Source: Azolla caroliniana
Lineage: Eukaryota > Plantae > Polypodiophyta
NCBI GenBank assembly: GCA_043228905.1
Contig: JBHGNT010000017.1
Coordinates: 8,370,001 to 8,434,000, forward strand
Direction of reading: 5' to 3'
DNA length: 64,000 nucleotides
The translations under genes and the position numbers were made by a program. Numbering within the stretch: the first letter of the stretch is position 1; each line of letters starts with the position of its first letter. Positions 11,401 to 25,270 of the stretch are shown here, piece by piece. The notes below the pieces were generated by a model that searched no databases, was not told the DNA's origin, and was given only the letters and a program-made list of their open reading frames with translations.

Positions 11401-12900
11401 TTAGTTTTTCTCCGGTCCTCTCGGACCTTTGCCCGAAGCGTGCAACTTGCCGGCCTCTTGACGGTTTGTCGTCGTTCTGCTCTCCTCGGTTGCCGGCTCA
11501 TGCTCCTCCTTATTGGCTTGGTCGTAGCCGTCGTCTTCACCGGTTGCCGTTATGGTTGGCCTGCCGGCGTCTGATTCGGTGGCGGCCTTTCGTTCAAATG
11601 GGTTCTTAGGCATAGGTCCTTTGTATGGTTTTAGTCTAAATCCGTTGACCCATTTGCCCAACACTTCTCCGGCAAGTGTCCCCAACTGGTAGGACCCATT
11701 GAACTCGCGTGTGATCCAGTACGGTCCGGTCCATCTAAACCATAGTTTACCTGGCATTTTGCCCATCCAAGTCTGGAACACGAGTACCGGATTGCCGGCC
11801 CCGAACATCTTTTCGTTTCCCTTCTGGTGCCGATCTACAAATGCTTTCCGTCTCTGTTGTTCCAATTCCAGGTGCATAATGCTCACCAGTCGGTGTTCTT
11901 CCAGTTCGCATAGAGCCTTTAATCGAATTGCCTCCGATTCCTTTTCGTTCAATCGTTCCCGAATCTGAATCCGTAAGCTTGGTACCTGGAACTCGACCGG
12001 CATGACTGCCTCCAATCCGAATGCTAACCAGAACGGTGTTGTCCGGATGTTTGTTTTGTACGTTGTACGGTAAGCCCAGAGCGCACTGTGCAGCTTTGTG
12101 TCCCAATCTGTCCAATTTTCATTGACGATCTTCCGGAGGATATTCTGGAGTGTTTTGTTCGTCGACTCAACTAACCCATTTGCTTGCGGATAGTACGGTG
12201 TGCTTCGTTTATGTACTACCGCATAGAACGTCATCAAACTTTCTACCACCTGTCCAAGAAAGTGCCCTCCTTGGTCACTTATCAGCTCTATAGGGCATCC
12301 GTACTGGCACCAAATGCATTTGTATAAGAATTTCGCCGTTGACGCCGCGGTGTTGTCTCGTAGGGCTTTCACTTCAACCCACTTAGTGCAGTAATCCGTC
12401 CCGACGATCACGTACCGGTTGCCGGTTCTCATTGCCGGTGGTTTAAATGGCCCGACGAAATCCAACCCCCATTTCTGGAATGGTTCTAGTGGTAGGACTG
12501 GCTGGTGTGGCATCCGAACTTGTTCCGTTGGCTAACCCATTCGTTGGCATAGATCACACTCCTTCGCATAACGGACTGCATCTTTCAATGTGGTCGGCCA
12601 CCATAGGCCACTTTGCCATACTTTCCTTGCCGTCGCATCTCCGGCGACTCCGCAGTGTGCCTCCCGTAGTATTACCTCCTTCTCATCGCTGCGCACCGCT
12701 CATCGCCAAATACCGTCTGCACCTTTGTGGTATAGCGTGTCCTGTAATAAACAAAAGTGCCGGCTCTGTACCGCCAGGCGTTTTCTCTCGTCCCGGTTCA
12801 TCTCCTCCGGAGGCAATCCGGTACTCAAAAACTGTTGCATATTAGTTAGCCACTTATCTTCTTGTGCCACCGTTTCATCTGTTGTCGTTTCCGTGGTGAC
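11401..12900 (-). pseudogene. Gypsy integrase (HHCC, DDE core, GPY/F)
   Basis: WGLDFVGP, ISDQGGHF, STPYYPQANGLVES, KLWFRWTGPY; ORF 11401-12513 plus an upstream zinc-binding region. Confidence 0.92.
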
Positions 12901-12920
12901 TCAAAAAAGCTTTGCATCTT

Positions 12921-13336
12921 AAGACACGTCACCAAAGGGTGGTACGGCAGAATGACTTACGGCACAACGCTTACTTAGACCTTAATCGATTACTTAGCCA
13001 TCCGTAATTAACACGCGTAAGATAAAACAATGAATACAGAACGGTAATCAACACTGGAAGATTAAGACAATAAGCTTTATTAATTATTCGCTCTTGATTA
13101 CATTGTAACCGGACCTTTATATAGGTCTCCAGTGCAAAATACAAAATGGTGTCAACCGGCACCTTTATGGAATCGTTCCGGATCCGGATCGGCATACCGA
13201 TTCCGGTCCGTCTGTCCACATCTTCTTATATAATAATATGTATATATTAAGACTACTAATTACAACAGTTCCCGAATACTATTCCTTTCACACTCTGGTT
13301 TGGACCTCCTTAAGCCTTCTTTGCCGGTCGGTAACA
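12921..13336 (-). repeat. 5' LTR, truncated at its 3' end
   Basis: Matches 7705-8122. The last ~45 bp and the PBS are missing, and it is fused directly to pol sequence. Confidence 0.9.
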
Positions 13337-13720
13337 TTTTTTACTAACAAGGCTTGTCATGCTCTTCTCAGTATCAAAACAACACTCTAAACCTAGTATT
13401 CTTCTTTCTCGATCTCTCTTCTTTCTATGATGCGTTCTTGTTGGTCGAATCAAATTTGTATTACGTTTTCTTTTCTTCTTTCTACCATGATACAATTTTA
13501 ATTATTATTGTGCCTCGGGCCGAGCGTGTTTGCACTAATTGCATCTGCTCAACTCATGGCCCGTTTGTATATTGCGATGTATCTCCTATGCTCCGCTCTC
13601 TTGTGCCTTCTCTTACAATATTAATTATTGTTGTGCATTGGGTCGAGCATGTTTGCCCTTATCACACACGCTCACCTCATGGCCCTTTTGCATATGATGT
13701 TGAGTATGCCACTCTTCCCT

Positions 13721-13950
13721 CTATTGAGCCATCACTTGGCCGAGTCTATGGGATGTGGTGGCCATGACGAGGTGTATGTCGCCTACCAATGCCACTCTAC
13801 TCTCTATTGAACCATCACTTGGCCGATTCTATGGGATGTTGTGGCCTTGACGAGGTATATGTCGCTTACCTATGTCACTTTACTCTTTATTGAGCCATCA
13901 CTTGGCCAATTCTAGGGAGATGTGGTGGTCTTGAGGAGGTGCATGTCGAG
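13721..13950. repeat. 83-bp tandem repeat, about 2.7 copies, in the retroelement 5' UTR
   Basis: ctattgagccatcacttggcc variants start at 13721, 13804 and 13887. Confidence 0.85.
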
Positions 13951-14881
13951 TACTCTAGGGTTTCATACCTTAAGGCATGCTTAATGTTCCATACACCTAA
14001 TTGCTTATTATTCTAATTAATTTCTAATTCCATAAATTGTCATTTCACTTATATGATTATCCCATAATTATTGTTTACTCGCCCACAATTAACTGTCCTT
14101 TTTCCCCTTCCTTTTCGTGTATAAAGTATTTACGTGCGTTTACCTATTATGTAACGCTTCCGTGTAGACTTTTTTTTTCGTATGGAGTGGGCATCATGCC
14201 GTTTTTTTGAACAATTTTTTCCAACAGATCATCTACGTTTAACTCATATTATCGAGCCTTAGAACTCGAGTAAAACCACATGAGTTCCTCTATTGATGTT
14301 TCTTCATGGATTTGAGTACCACATCTTTGCGTATCAATTTGTGGCTTATGTCACAATTGTGCAAATTACAACCATCTATTTGTGACATTGTTTTTTTAGT
14401 AGGTAGCACATGGGTTTTTTTACCCTTGTTTTCGTAACTACTTGCCTCTAATGGGTAGTGCCTTATTTTATTATTTTTATCATCACATTTGCTTGTTACT
14501 CGCAAGACTAGAATATTACTTACGAGTGCACTTGTTTTCTTCATGTAATACACTTTCTCGACCATATCAATACATGTTCGGTTGGCATTAATATAAGGTT
14601 AACTAGGAAATTACATTGATGTTGGAACCATGTTTGAGCCTCGGGGAGCCGCCATGATTACTCAAGATAGAGATTCGAGAAAGACATCTTAGCTATTTTT
14701 GTCCCCATGGTTTTTAAAACACCATAGTTATCGGATCTCGAATCACATCTCATATGTCTAGAGGGGTAAAGAAGTGAGATGCTTTCTTGGTAAAGTTCTT
14801 CTAATCAAAATTTCAAGCATTCATTTTTCTTGTGTATTTTCTGAACCTCCTTATTTATATTGCATAACCACAACTTGCATC

Positions 14882-17652
14882 ATGGAACAAATTTTGAATG
14901 TTGTTGGAGCAATCTCTCTGACCGAGATCTCTCAACTCCAATCCACATCTCGCACACAAGCTGAGATCACTATTGAGCAATTGCTCACTACTACCTTGAA
15001 TCAATTGGCCGAAATGAGGCAGGTGAATATGTCATTGGAAGAGAAATTCCAAGAATTGACCATTGAGTCCAAGAAAGAAGGCTCACCTTCTTTCGTAGTA
15101 ACACCATTCAAGGGAGATAAGAAAGAAAGAACCGAGGAGGCCATTAGGACTTGGCTTGGTCGTTGGGAGTCTCACTTTGAGCTCCACCCCAAGCTCGATG
15201 CTGTAAAAATTGGTTATGTCGATCGTGAGTTAGGTGGCCGAGTTGCTGCTTGGTGGCATGACCTAAGGACTGCAAAGAACTTACCCACAACTTAGGAAGG
15301 TTTTGTTGATGTTTTTAAGAAACAATTTTTGCAGCCACCTTCTCAAACTGAACAAGCGCAACACTTACTCACGTTGTCGAGTAAGCCATTTACCTCTCTC
15401 AAGGATTATCTGCATCATGCTCGGACCTAGATCCAAAAATCGAGACTTAGGGGTGAGAAATGGTTTGTTGCTTGCTTTTTGAATGGTATTCCTAATGGGG
15501 ATTACCATTGGATTGTCCATGACAAGGACCCCACAACTTTTGAGGAAGCCGTCAACATTGTACTTCGGTACCATAGGACTTCCAAGAAAGACCACAATAA
15601 ACCTGAGTTCGCCAAAACTCGGAATGTCAAGTTCATTGGGAAACGTAAGAAATCCAATGACACTCTTGACCGCGACTCCAAGAAACCTAACCGCTTCTAT
15701 GCATATTGCAAGAAGCGGGCCACACAAAGGATACATGTCGTCGTCTTGAGAGGAAGTCAATGAACATCGCTCCTCAAGACAAATCTATGAGTCATACATG
15801 TGAGTCTTTTGATGTTGTTGAAGTTCATACCAACCACTTAAGTTCATGTGAATGCACTTTTCCTTCACATTTACTTCGACCTAATGATTTACTCCGACCA
15901 GTCGGGTATATCAATGGAACATAAGCACAGTTCTTGTTTGATTCCGGTAGTTCTCACAAATTTCTTAATGATCACTTTGTGCAGCAAATGGAACTCCACA
16001 TAAATGCAAGTGATCATATCTATCAAGTTCACATGGCAAATGGAAGCCTTCAATACATTAGTGGCATTGTTTGTCAACTGCTAATTCAAATAGATACCTA
16101 TTTGGAGAAATTCGACTTTCATGTTATGAAACTACAATCCGCATATTTCATTTTAGGATACCCTTGGTTTTTTAATAAAAACCCTTCTTTGTCCATTGAT
16201 TGGGTTAATCACTCAATCACATTTGAACTTAATAATTGTAAACATTTTATTCAATGTTCCAAACTTCCTTCTCGTTCACTTGTGTCTTCTAAATCTTTAA
16301 GGGAGTATTCTAGTTCATTAATTTATTCGTGTGTAATTGATCCTGCGCTTCAATTTTATTATTTTAATATTGACGCCACACCATTACCACATTATGAACA
16401 ACGATTACTCGACTCTATTTTAGATGATTTTCAACATGTGTTTCCTAACGAATTGTCGCTTACTTTACCACCAAAATGTAATGTGGACCATCAAATTGAA
16501 CTCATCCCCGGTGCTGCTCCTGTGAGCATTCCACCTTATCGACTTAGTCGATTAGAAGAGGATGAGATCGCGAAACAACTTAACGAATACTTGAGTATGG
16601 GCCACATTAGGTATAGTAAATCACCTTGGGGTGCACTAGTTCTATTAGTAAAAGAGGGTTCATGGCGGATGTGTATCAATTATCGCCATTTGAATAAAAT
16701 GAATATTAAAAATGCATATCCGTTACCTCATGCCGATGATTTGATTGATCGTTTGCATGGGGCTCGACATTTTACAAATATTGACTTACAAACAAGTTAT
16801 CATCAAATTCGCATTGCCGAGGATGGCATTATGAGTTTTTAGTCATGCCTTTCGGGTTGACTAATGCTCCAGCCACATTCCAACAAGCAATGAATGATGT
16901 TTTCCGAGATCAACTCGGTGATTTTGTTGTCATCTTCTTGGATGATATTTTGATATATAGCCGTACCTTGCAAGATCATGTTCAACATGTTCGATTTGTT
17001 TTGCAAAAGTTGTGTGACAAATCTTTCTATGCAAAACATTCAAAATGTGATTTTTTCCAAAAATCTATTGTGTACCTAGGCCATTTAATTATGGAAAATG
17101 GTGTTGAAATTGAACCTTCTCGTATTGAAAAGGTTAAACTTTGGCCCATTCCTCGTAATATTCGTGAATTGTGATCATTCTTAGGGTTTGTTGGATTTTT
17201 ACGAAATTGACTATTCCATTAACTAACCTTTTAAAAGATCATCCACGTAAGTCTGTCAAACCAATTGCATGGAATGAACAACTTGAAAAATCATTTAAGA
17301 TACTCAAAGAGCATGAGTGTCAAGCTCCCACTCTTGTATTATCGGACCCTTCTAAGCCTTTCTCAATCAAAACCGATGCTAGTGATTATGCTATTGGTGT
17401 CGTTCTTTATCAAGGTGGTCACCCTATTGCTTTTGAAAGTAAGAAGCTTGATGTTGCTCAATCTTGGTATTCGGTTCAAAAGAAAGAGTTGTTTGCGGTA
17501 ATACATGCACTTAAAACATGGAGGCACTATCTCTATGGAAATAAATTTGTGGTTACAAAAGACCATCAATCATTGAAGTATTTTTGTTACTAACCAGATC
17601 TTGTTGGTCCAAAAGGCTGTTGGGCTGACCTTATGCAAGATTTTGATTTTTC
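14882..17652 (+). pseudogene. gag-pol (Gag, protease, RT, RNase H) with stops and frameshifts
   Basis: AAWW Gag motif, degenerate CCHC ~15700, [67 protein letters not shown]. Confidence 0.9.
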
Positions 17653-18162
17653 CATGTCGATGAAGCACCGTATGTAAGCCATTGTCTTCATGTGCATCAC
17701 CTCCCATATTGTGGCGTCGATTTTGTCCGGTCTCTTGTCCCCGAACTGAACCGGCAACCAAAGATCTTTAACCACGAGCATGTCCCTCATCTTCGACTTC
17801 CACACCAAATAGTTGGAGCCGGTGAGCTTGAACATGCCTCCCAACGATTCGTCCATTTTCTGTGTCGCTTCGCTCTGATACCACTTTGACAGGAACTACA
17901 CGCTCCTGATGAACAACGCTTGGCCACAACCGAGCTTAGAATCAAAAAACACAGAAAACGGGGAATGAATGCATGACACAATGGAGAGAAGAGTGCACAG
18001 GATGTTTACGTGGAAAACCCAAACACGGGAAAAACCACGGCAGTCCACTGACTGCTAACTATCACTATGTAACAATATACAATAGATGAACACAAAGGCA
18101 ACGACCTCTTGTTCACTGTCTTCGCCACAGGCGGTGGTTACAACAGAGATACGAACTCTTCG

Positions 18163-18193
<31 letters not shown>

Positions 18194-18545
18194 GGACACT
18201 GTTGCGCTCTAATCTTGCGCCAACAAGAATGACAACAACCACTTTTCTCTAAGTTTGCCCTAAGTCATATTTATACTAATATGACTTTTCGGCTATTTAC
18301 AAATATAACCCCGATGGACTCTCAGAAAACATATTTACGAATATGTCCCTTCATCCGGTGAGCACTTCTCACCGGGCCTTCACCATCCAGCTCTTGTCGG
18401 GTACTCCACATCTGGTTCTCACCGGGTCTTCACCATCCAGCTCTTGCCGGGTACTCGTCATCCGATTCTCACTAGGTCTTCCGTTGTCGGGTACTCGTCA
18501 TCCGGTTCTTTTCACTTCCCATCCGGTGGGACCTGTTTCCTAACA
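17653..18545 (-). mobile_element. Copia 5' fragment: LTR 17887-18545, Met PBS, gag N-terminus
   Basis: LTR TGTTAGGAAAC...GTCA; PBS TGGTATCAGAGC at 17872-17883; ORF MDESLGGMFKLTGSNYLVWKSKMRDML. Confidence 0.88.
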
Positions 18546-19980
18546 AAGACGGCGTTTCTGCATGGAGATCTCGAAGAGGAGATATATATGCAGCAACTGG
18601 AAGGATTCGTAATGAAAGGTAAAGAAAACCTGGTATGCCTATTAAGGAAGAGCCTGTACGGGTTGAAGTAGGCTCCATGGCAATGGTACCAAAAATTTGA
18701 ATCCTTCATGACCGAAAACAGGTACCACAAAACGCAAGCCAATCACTACGTATTTGTGAAGAAGTTCGATGGAGGAGATTTCCTCATCCTTTTGTTGTAC
18801 GTGGATGACATGCTAATTGTCTGACAGGACCATATGAAGATCCGAGCACTAAAGAAGGCCTTGAACGGGTCATTCTTGATGAAGGATATGGATCCGGCAA
18901 AGCAAATCCTAGGTATGCACATTGTTCGGGACCGAACAAAGAAATTGTTATGGTTGTCAAAGGAGAAATATGTGACAAAGGTGCTCCAGAGATTTGGCAT
19001 GGAAGGTGCAAAACCGGTCGGCTCGACACTACCGACAAACTACAAGTTGAGTAAAGATCAATGTCTGAAATCGAAAACCGAAAAGGCCGAGATGTCAAAA
19101 GTCCCCTATGCCTCGGTGGTTGGAAGCTTGATGTACACAATGGTGTGTACCAGGCCAGACATTGGATATGCCGTCAGAATGGTCAGCCGATATATGAGCA
19201 ATCCCGGGAAAGAGCATTGGGTTGCCGTGAAATAGATATTTTGGTACCTGAGAGGCACCTCCAGCGTGTTTCTTCGTTTCGGCTCAAGTAACCCCACATT
19301 GGAAGGCGACACGGATTCGGACATGGCGATTGATGCAGATACCAGCGGATCCACGTCAAGATACGCAATGATGTATGTAGGGGGAGTTGTCTCGTGGCAA
19401 TCGAGGTTGCAGAAGTTCGTGGCGTTATCGACCATAGAAACCGAATACATGGCCGCAACGGAAGCTGACAAGGAAATCGTATGGATCAAGGAGTTTATCA
19501 GTAAACTGGAATTTGGCAGGAAGAATTCCAACTCTATTGCGATAATCAGAGTGCCATCAACCTTGCGAAAAATGCCGCCTACCACTCGAGGACAAAGCAC
19601 ATCCAACAGAGGCATCATTGGCTCTGGGAGAGGGTAGAAGAAAGGGAGTTCGCTCTAGTGAAGGTCCACATGGCCGAAAATGAATCAGATATGTTGACTA
19701 AAGTGTTACCAACCGAAAAACTGAGCGTGTGCCGACAGAAGATCGGAGTGGTGTAGTACCCCATGCCGGAGTGAAGGGGGAGTTTGTTAGGAAACGGGTC
19801 CCTCTGGATGGGATGAGAAGAGCCGAGTTTATGAGAAACTCGACCGAGGCCGAAACCAAAATCGTGTAAACAGCCAACTCGGAAGACTATACTTGTAAAT
19901 GGTCTAAATATGCCCTTATGGGCTACACTTGTAAATAACCCAAAAGGTGTACTAGTATAAGTACTTAGGGCAATCATAAT
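18546..19980 (+). mobile_element. Copia 3' fragment: RT-RNase H pseudogene, PPT, start of 3' LTR
   Basis: [46 protein letters not shown]; PPT ggagtgaagggggag 19768-19782; LTR TGTTAGGAAAC from 19785. Confidence 0.9.
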
Positions 19981-20099
19981 GTTATTCCCTACACCCGAAC
20001 ATCCGAACGAGAAACCGGTTGTGGCCGATCACGATTCTCGACAAGAAGGGCATTCAAGTTTTTTTTCCATGAAGGACATTTATGGAGTCATCCAAAAAG

Positions 20100-21316
20100 G
20101 CCAACCGAAAATCCTCTTCGAGTCATTTGTAAGGACGATATTAAGAGAAAATTAATTATTGAATTCCATGATAGTTTGTGGGTAGGACATAGAGGCATAT
20201 GGGTGACATTCAGGAAGTTGAAAGAACATTATTGGTGGCCACATATGTATAAAGATGGAATGAAATTCGTGGAAACCTATGAGGTCTGCCAGAGGAATTC
20301 AACTATTCTGTATCGAGATGGGCTAAAACCAACATGTTATTCATCAATGCATTATAAATGGATAGGCGATCTAGTGACAATGCCACTTGAGGAAGGTCAA
20401 ATGCAATATTTAGTACTAGCAAGAGAAGACCTTACAAACCAAGAAGAAGGAAGACCACTACGACAAAAAACAACTAGATTTGTATGTAAATTTTTGTTAG
20501 AAGATGTAATATGTCGTTATGGGTGTGTGGGTAAAATAATTGCAGATAGAGTAGAACTTGATTCTTATGAAGCTAGACAATTCTTCAATCGAATAGGGGT
20601 CAAATTATCACTTACGACTACTTATAATCCAGAAGCCAATGGAAAGATTGAAAGAGGACATTGCCCAATAGTTAAGGCGATCGTGAAAAGTTGTAAAGGT
20701 AAAATAAGAGATTGGCCACACATGCTACCTTATGCACTATGGGTGGATCATACAACACATAGTTCAATAACAGGATACATGCCAGCTAAATTGATACTTG
20801 GCCAAAAGCCCATCATGCCAGTAGAAGAACCAATTATGTCATGGACATCTATTCTAGGGAGAGAAGAGGTGAGCGTGGAAGATTTTCTTGCTTTGCGAAT
20901 TCAACAATTAGAGCGTCGACCTGAAGATGTAGAATTAGCAGCCCAATGATTAAAGGAGGCTCGGTTGAGGAATAAAATTTGTTTTGATAAAACTCACAGA
21001 ATTTGACCTAAGAAAATAGAAGAAGGGGATTGGGTGCTTGTGTATGATAGCAGATTAGATAATCAACATAGCATTGTCTGCAAGTTTGCTGAAAGATGGT
21101 TTGTGCCTTACATAGTAAAAAAAGTATATGATAACTTTACCTATAAGCTTAGTTAATTGGATGGGACACTAATCCTAGACGTGGTAGCTGGAAAGAGGAT
21201 AAAAGTATTTAAGAAAAGGTTTGAACTTGAACCTCCTCCAATAGATCAACATGAAGATGAAAGATAGTGGCACATGCCGGTGGATTTGTAGGTCTAGAGG
21301 GGGTGGATGTCGTGAA
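20100..21316 (+). mobile_element. Integrase fragment of the Trp-family Gypsy with PPT and LTR start
   Basis: GHRG..TF, C..C, YNPEANGKIERGH, WPHMLPYALW; PPT agagggggtgga then TGTCGTGAAG at 21308. Confidence 0.8.
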
Positions 21317-22306
21317 GTACCTTAGCCAACCCACCCTTTTTAGCTAAGCCAACCCAAATGGGTACCTTTGTATGAACTATAAATTGAGTAAGAAGTAAGA
21401 AGCTAACTAGGCTAGTTTTGATCTCTTATGTGCATTTCACATATTGGTGGAGATGTCGGGCACCAGTCCCCCACGTCCAAGTATCCACCTCTTCCCCCTC
21501 ACCTTAGGTTGCCCACAAACTTCTTGTCCCACGAGTTTCTCCGATCCCTTTCGTACACGATAGCCCTCCTGTCCCCCACCTTAGCCAAGTCCAGGTAACC
21601 CTCAGTCCATAGGACCGATTGATCTTTATCCGCCAATTGTTAGCTCGTTTTCCGTCACTAGCCCTGTCCAACTATCAGGGCCGGCAGTTCCACGGGGATG
21701 TCCTCAATGTCGTTGTAGCTCAACTTGGTGTCCAGCTGATGTTTACGTCCCCATACCATCCTCAAACAAATGACCTCACCAAACGCCTCAACAAGACCCT
21801 CAAGAAGGAGATTGCCACTTACATCGATCCATGCCACAAAACTTGGGATCAAATCTTGCCTTTCGTCACCCACGCCTACAATACATCCATACAGGTGTCG
21901 ACATGGACCAACCCTTTTCGAGCACTCTATTGGTGTAACCTTCGCCTCCCACCAGAATCGTCCATTGATGTCCATTCAAACCTGCCAACATGGATAATGT
22001 CACTTGCGAGCTCTATCTCCAACAGATGCTCCCCCTCCTTTGACAAGCCATTGCTCATGTTCCTGATCCTGCTCTTGCTCCTTGGTGTCTTATTTCTCTC
22101 AGAGGGGAAATGTGGTGTGCATGTGTTCCTTTGTGCCACCCTTTTAGCATACCCTTTTTAGAATGCATGTACCTAAGCCGACCCACCCTTTTAGCACGCC
22201 CTTTTTAGCTAAGACAACCCAAATGGGTATCTTTGTATGAACTATAAATTGAGTAAGAAGTAAGAAGCTAACTGGGTTGGTTTTGATCTCTTATGTGCAT
22301 TTCACA
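21317..22306 (+). mobile_element. Small internally deleted LTR element (TRIM-like), tRNA-Ala-primed
   Basis: Direct repeats 21317-21441 (5'-truncated) and 22111-22306; PBS TGGTGGAGATGTCGGG 21445-21460; integrase fragment SPYHPQTN; PPT agaggggaaa 22101-22110. Confidence 0.82.
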
Positions 22307-22849
22307 ATACGAACAAAGCACTATGATAATATTATACATTATATGTAGACTCGGCAAATAAAGAAAAATATATATTGTATTACATGGGCAAGAGAGGACT
22401 TGAAGCAACAACCTCCACCTCATCAGACACAAACCTTACCATTTAGCCGATACTTACAATATATATATATATATATATAGTTTTATTTGAGCTAGCATTG
22501 TATACCATGTAATGTACTACATGTGCACCACATAGCACACATGCAAGAGCCTCTCTACATGTGCGCCACATGGCCCACATGTAGTGTACGAGATATCAAT
22601 CAAATCAAATAGAATTATATTGTAAGAGATATCAAAATAGAGAAAAAGGGAAAGAAGGTCAACATACAAGAGAAGCTCTAACTTAGCAGTTGTGATGCTC
22701 AACTCTTAATGAAAGGGAGGAGGTTTGAGCCTTGCACTCATCGAAAGATAGAAGGGAAGATTGTGGTGTACTATCAAGAAAGAGAAGAGTTGGTACCTCG
22801 AGAGACAAAGTACAAAGGTTCAACGACACTCGCAACCATTTGTAATTCT

Positions 22850-25270
22850 TTCATCAAATAATTATAAATTTCTTATATTCCTTCAAAATCTTATCTTGCT
22901 CTATTCACTCCATCTCTACTATTTTGTCTCTTCCGTCCATAATCCTAGTGATTCCTTCCTCCATTTCATGTTATCTTTTGTCTACGCAACGCTACGCTTC
23001 TAGGCGAGCCATGCCACAACACCGCCATCCGATCGTAGGCACTTGATCTTTCTCTTTGTTTCCCTTTTGACCAAACTGTTTAGGTTCTGGAAACAGTCGA
23101 AGACTTCGCTTAACTTCTCTATGAGATAGATCTAGGTGTGTCAACTATAGTCATCAATGAAGGAGATGAAGTATCGACTCCCTCCTAAGCTCACATTTTG
23201 TGTTGGTCCCCATACATTCGAATGTATCAAGTTGAGCTTGTTCCGGTTCCAATTTCGCTCGTTGGGGAATCAAAGTCGGTGTTGCTTTCCTAGCTGACAG
23301 GATTCACAAATTTGGGCCTCTGATAGTTGATGTGGTCGATCCACATATGCTAGGGGTCGATGTCCAATTCAACCTTCTGTCCTTTAGCAAACAGTGTGGT
23401 GCCAACGTCATTTGTATCGAGGATGAACATCCTCCCTTCCTAGTGCCCTTGCGCGATGATCTAGCCTTCTTCTTCGATGAAGCACCCGAGGTGGGTGAAC
23501 CAGACCTGTATCCCTTGATCGACGATCTGTCCGACCGACACCAAGTTCTTCGTGATCGTCGGGACGTATAGTACGTTCATAAGTCTCCCCTTTTGTCCGA
23601 CATAACTCAATGGAACTTCAACGACATGTTCGATCAGATGCGAGGTGTCATCTCCAATTTGGACGACTCCTGGTTGTTCCGGATGCGAGGCGTCGTTTTC
23701 AATTTCAACGACTCTTCATGGCTCGTTGTGTGATTTGATGCTCTAGAGTTGGCATACCACATCTCATTCAGTTTCGAGGTGCTCTTCTTAATCGACTTTA
23801 CCTTGTGCTTCATAACAAATGTAGGGCCCTTTCCGATTTTGGGTCCTTCTGACCCTTCGGCGTAGTGCGAACGCTGCCAATTTTTGTGTTCGGCTTTCCC
23901 TTATCCGGATTTGTCTGAATCGGTGTGTTTCTTCCAACACTCGCTCTCCCGATGGCCTTTCCAACCACCATACCAGCATTCTATTTCGGCCTTTTCTTGT
24001 TAGTTTCTGGCGCTGCCTTGACTCCCCCCTACTCGTGGAGGGTTCGGAACTGTTCTGAGCACCACCTCTCTGCCTTCTTTCCTGCTCTTGTCGGCCGCCA
24101 CCATTGCGTGCCGAACCACCACTTCCTCCATGTCCACAAGGCTAATCCGCCTCCGTGTACAACATTCGGTTGTTAGATTGCATGCTTCTTGACTCATCCG
24201 TGTGGTTTTCTTCGACTAGAAGCATCGATTGCAAGTCAAAGCATGACGGTGGCATCTCCCGTGTGAAGATAGTCGTCCAGATCTGCTCGTACCTCTGTGC
24301 TAGACTACCAAGACAGATGTGCACCATTTCGTACTCCTCCTCGTCCACCATCACATTGATGGACCCCAATGTATCATAGATCTCTTTGATCTTTGTGGTG
24401 TAGTCGGCCACCAACATATCCTTCTGTCTAATATTGTTGAGCTCTTGCTGGACCTGCAACTTCCGTGTTGCGATACTTGCGATGAAAATCTTTTTCAGAT
24501 TTTCTCAGGCCTCCTTCGGCGTTTTCGCATCCCGAATGTAGCCCAAGATTTGGTCGTGCACATAGGACACAAGACACTACAAGACTCTGCTTGCCGCTTG
24601 CTCCCCCACCAGGAAGTCCTTATGTGCCAACTCCAGCGCCACTTCGTTCACTCCTTCCACATAACTCTAATAGTTGTGTCCTAGTAGGTACCAGTGCATC
24701 TTGTAGGACCAAGATGCATAGTTGCTCCTGTTGAGCTTTTATGTCAGAAGCGAGCTTGCCATGCTTTTGTCCATTCTTCTTCTTCTTCTTCTTCTTTCTG
24801 TTCTTTATCGGGTGTTAGGTTTTGGTTTTCTGAGCACTTGTAGGCAGCAGAGGATTCTCAACCATCGCGCTTTAATACCATGAAAAGAATAGTGTGTGAA
24901 GCTAAATGACACAACCGGTTACAGCTAGATAGCAACAATGAGTAATCGAAGGTTTAATGGAAATTCAGATAACACGCAGAGAACTCCTGAGAGACAAAGA
25001 GAGCAGAACACTAAAACTCAATTTCAAAATAATACTCTGTCTGTACATACAATGTTTTCAAAGAGCACTTTTATACAAGTCCTTAAATGGACTGCCATGT
25101 ACTTCAATGCTCATAACTGAGCGACTAACACTAACTCCTAAAAATATGTCTATCTACTAGGCTAGGATCGTAGGCCTCTAACGACCTACCGGCTCTTGTG
25201 GATCCGGCTCACCGATCCGGCTCTCGGTTTATTTAGCTAATCCAACCCATGTTAAGCTTGCTTCTCAACA
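22850..25270 (-). mobile_element. Copia 5' part (LTR 24881-25270, PBS, gag, protease, integrase start), decayed
   Basis: LTR TGTTGAGAAG...TTTTCA; Met-like PBS TGGTATTAAAGC 24869-24880; UBN2-like gag (QQELNNIRQKDM..LQSMLLVEE); integrase fragments to ~23000. Confidence 0.8.

Larger units (their letters stand above)
7661..13336 (-). mobile_element. Non-chromovirus (Athila/Tat/Selgy-like) Gypsy with gag-PR-RT deleted; retains integrase and extra 3' ORFs
   Basis: Paired LTRs, TG...CA outer ends, TSD TTTTT (7656-7660, 13337-13341), Athila/Tat-type integrase. Confidence 0.85.
7263..17652 (+). mobile_element. Chromovirus-like Gypsy (Met-primed), 3'-truncated, hosting the insertion at 7661-13336
   Basis: PBS at 7613, long 5' UTR, gag, DSGS protease, RT, RNase H; breaks at ~17652. 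The left LTR boundary is approximate. Confidence 0.7.

Noticed and set aside
22540-22810. Faint plus-strand Copia integrase-tail motif (VVY...SWY)
   Set aside because: Too degenerate to support as a feature.
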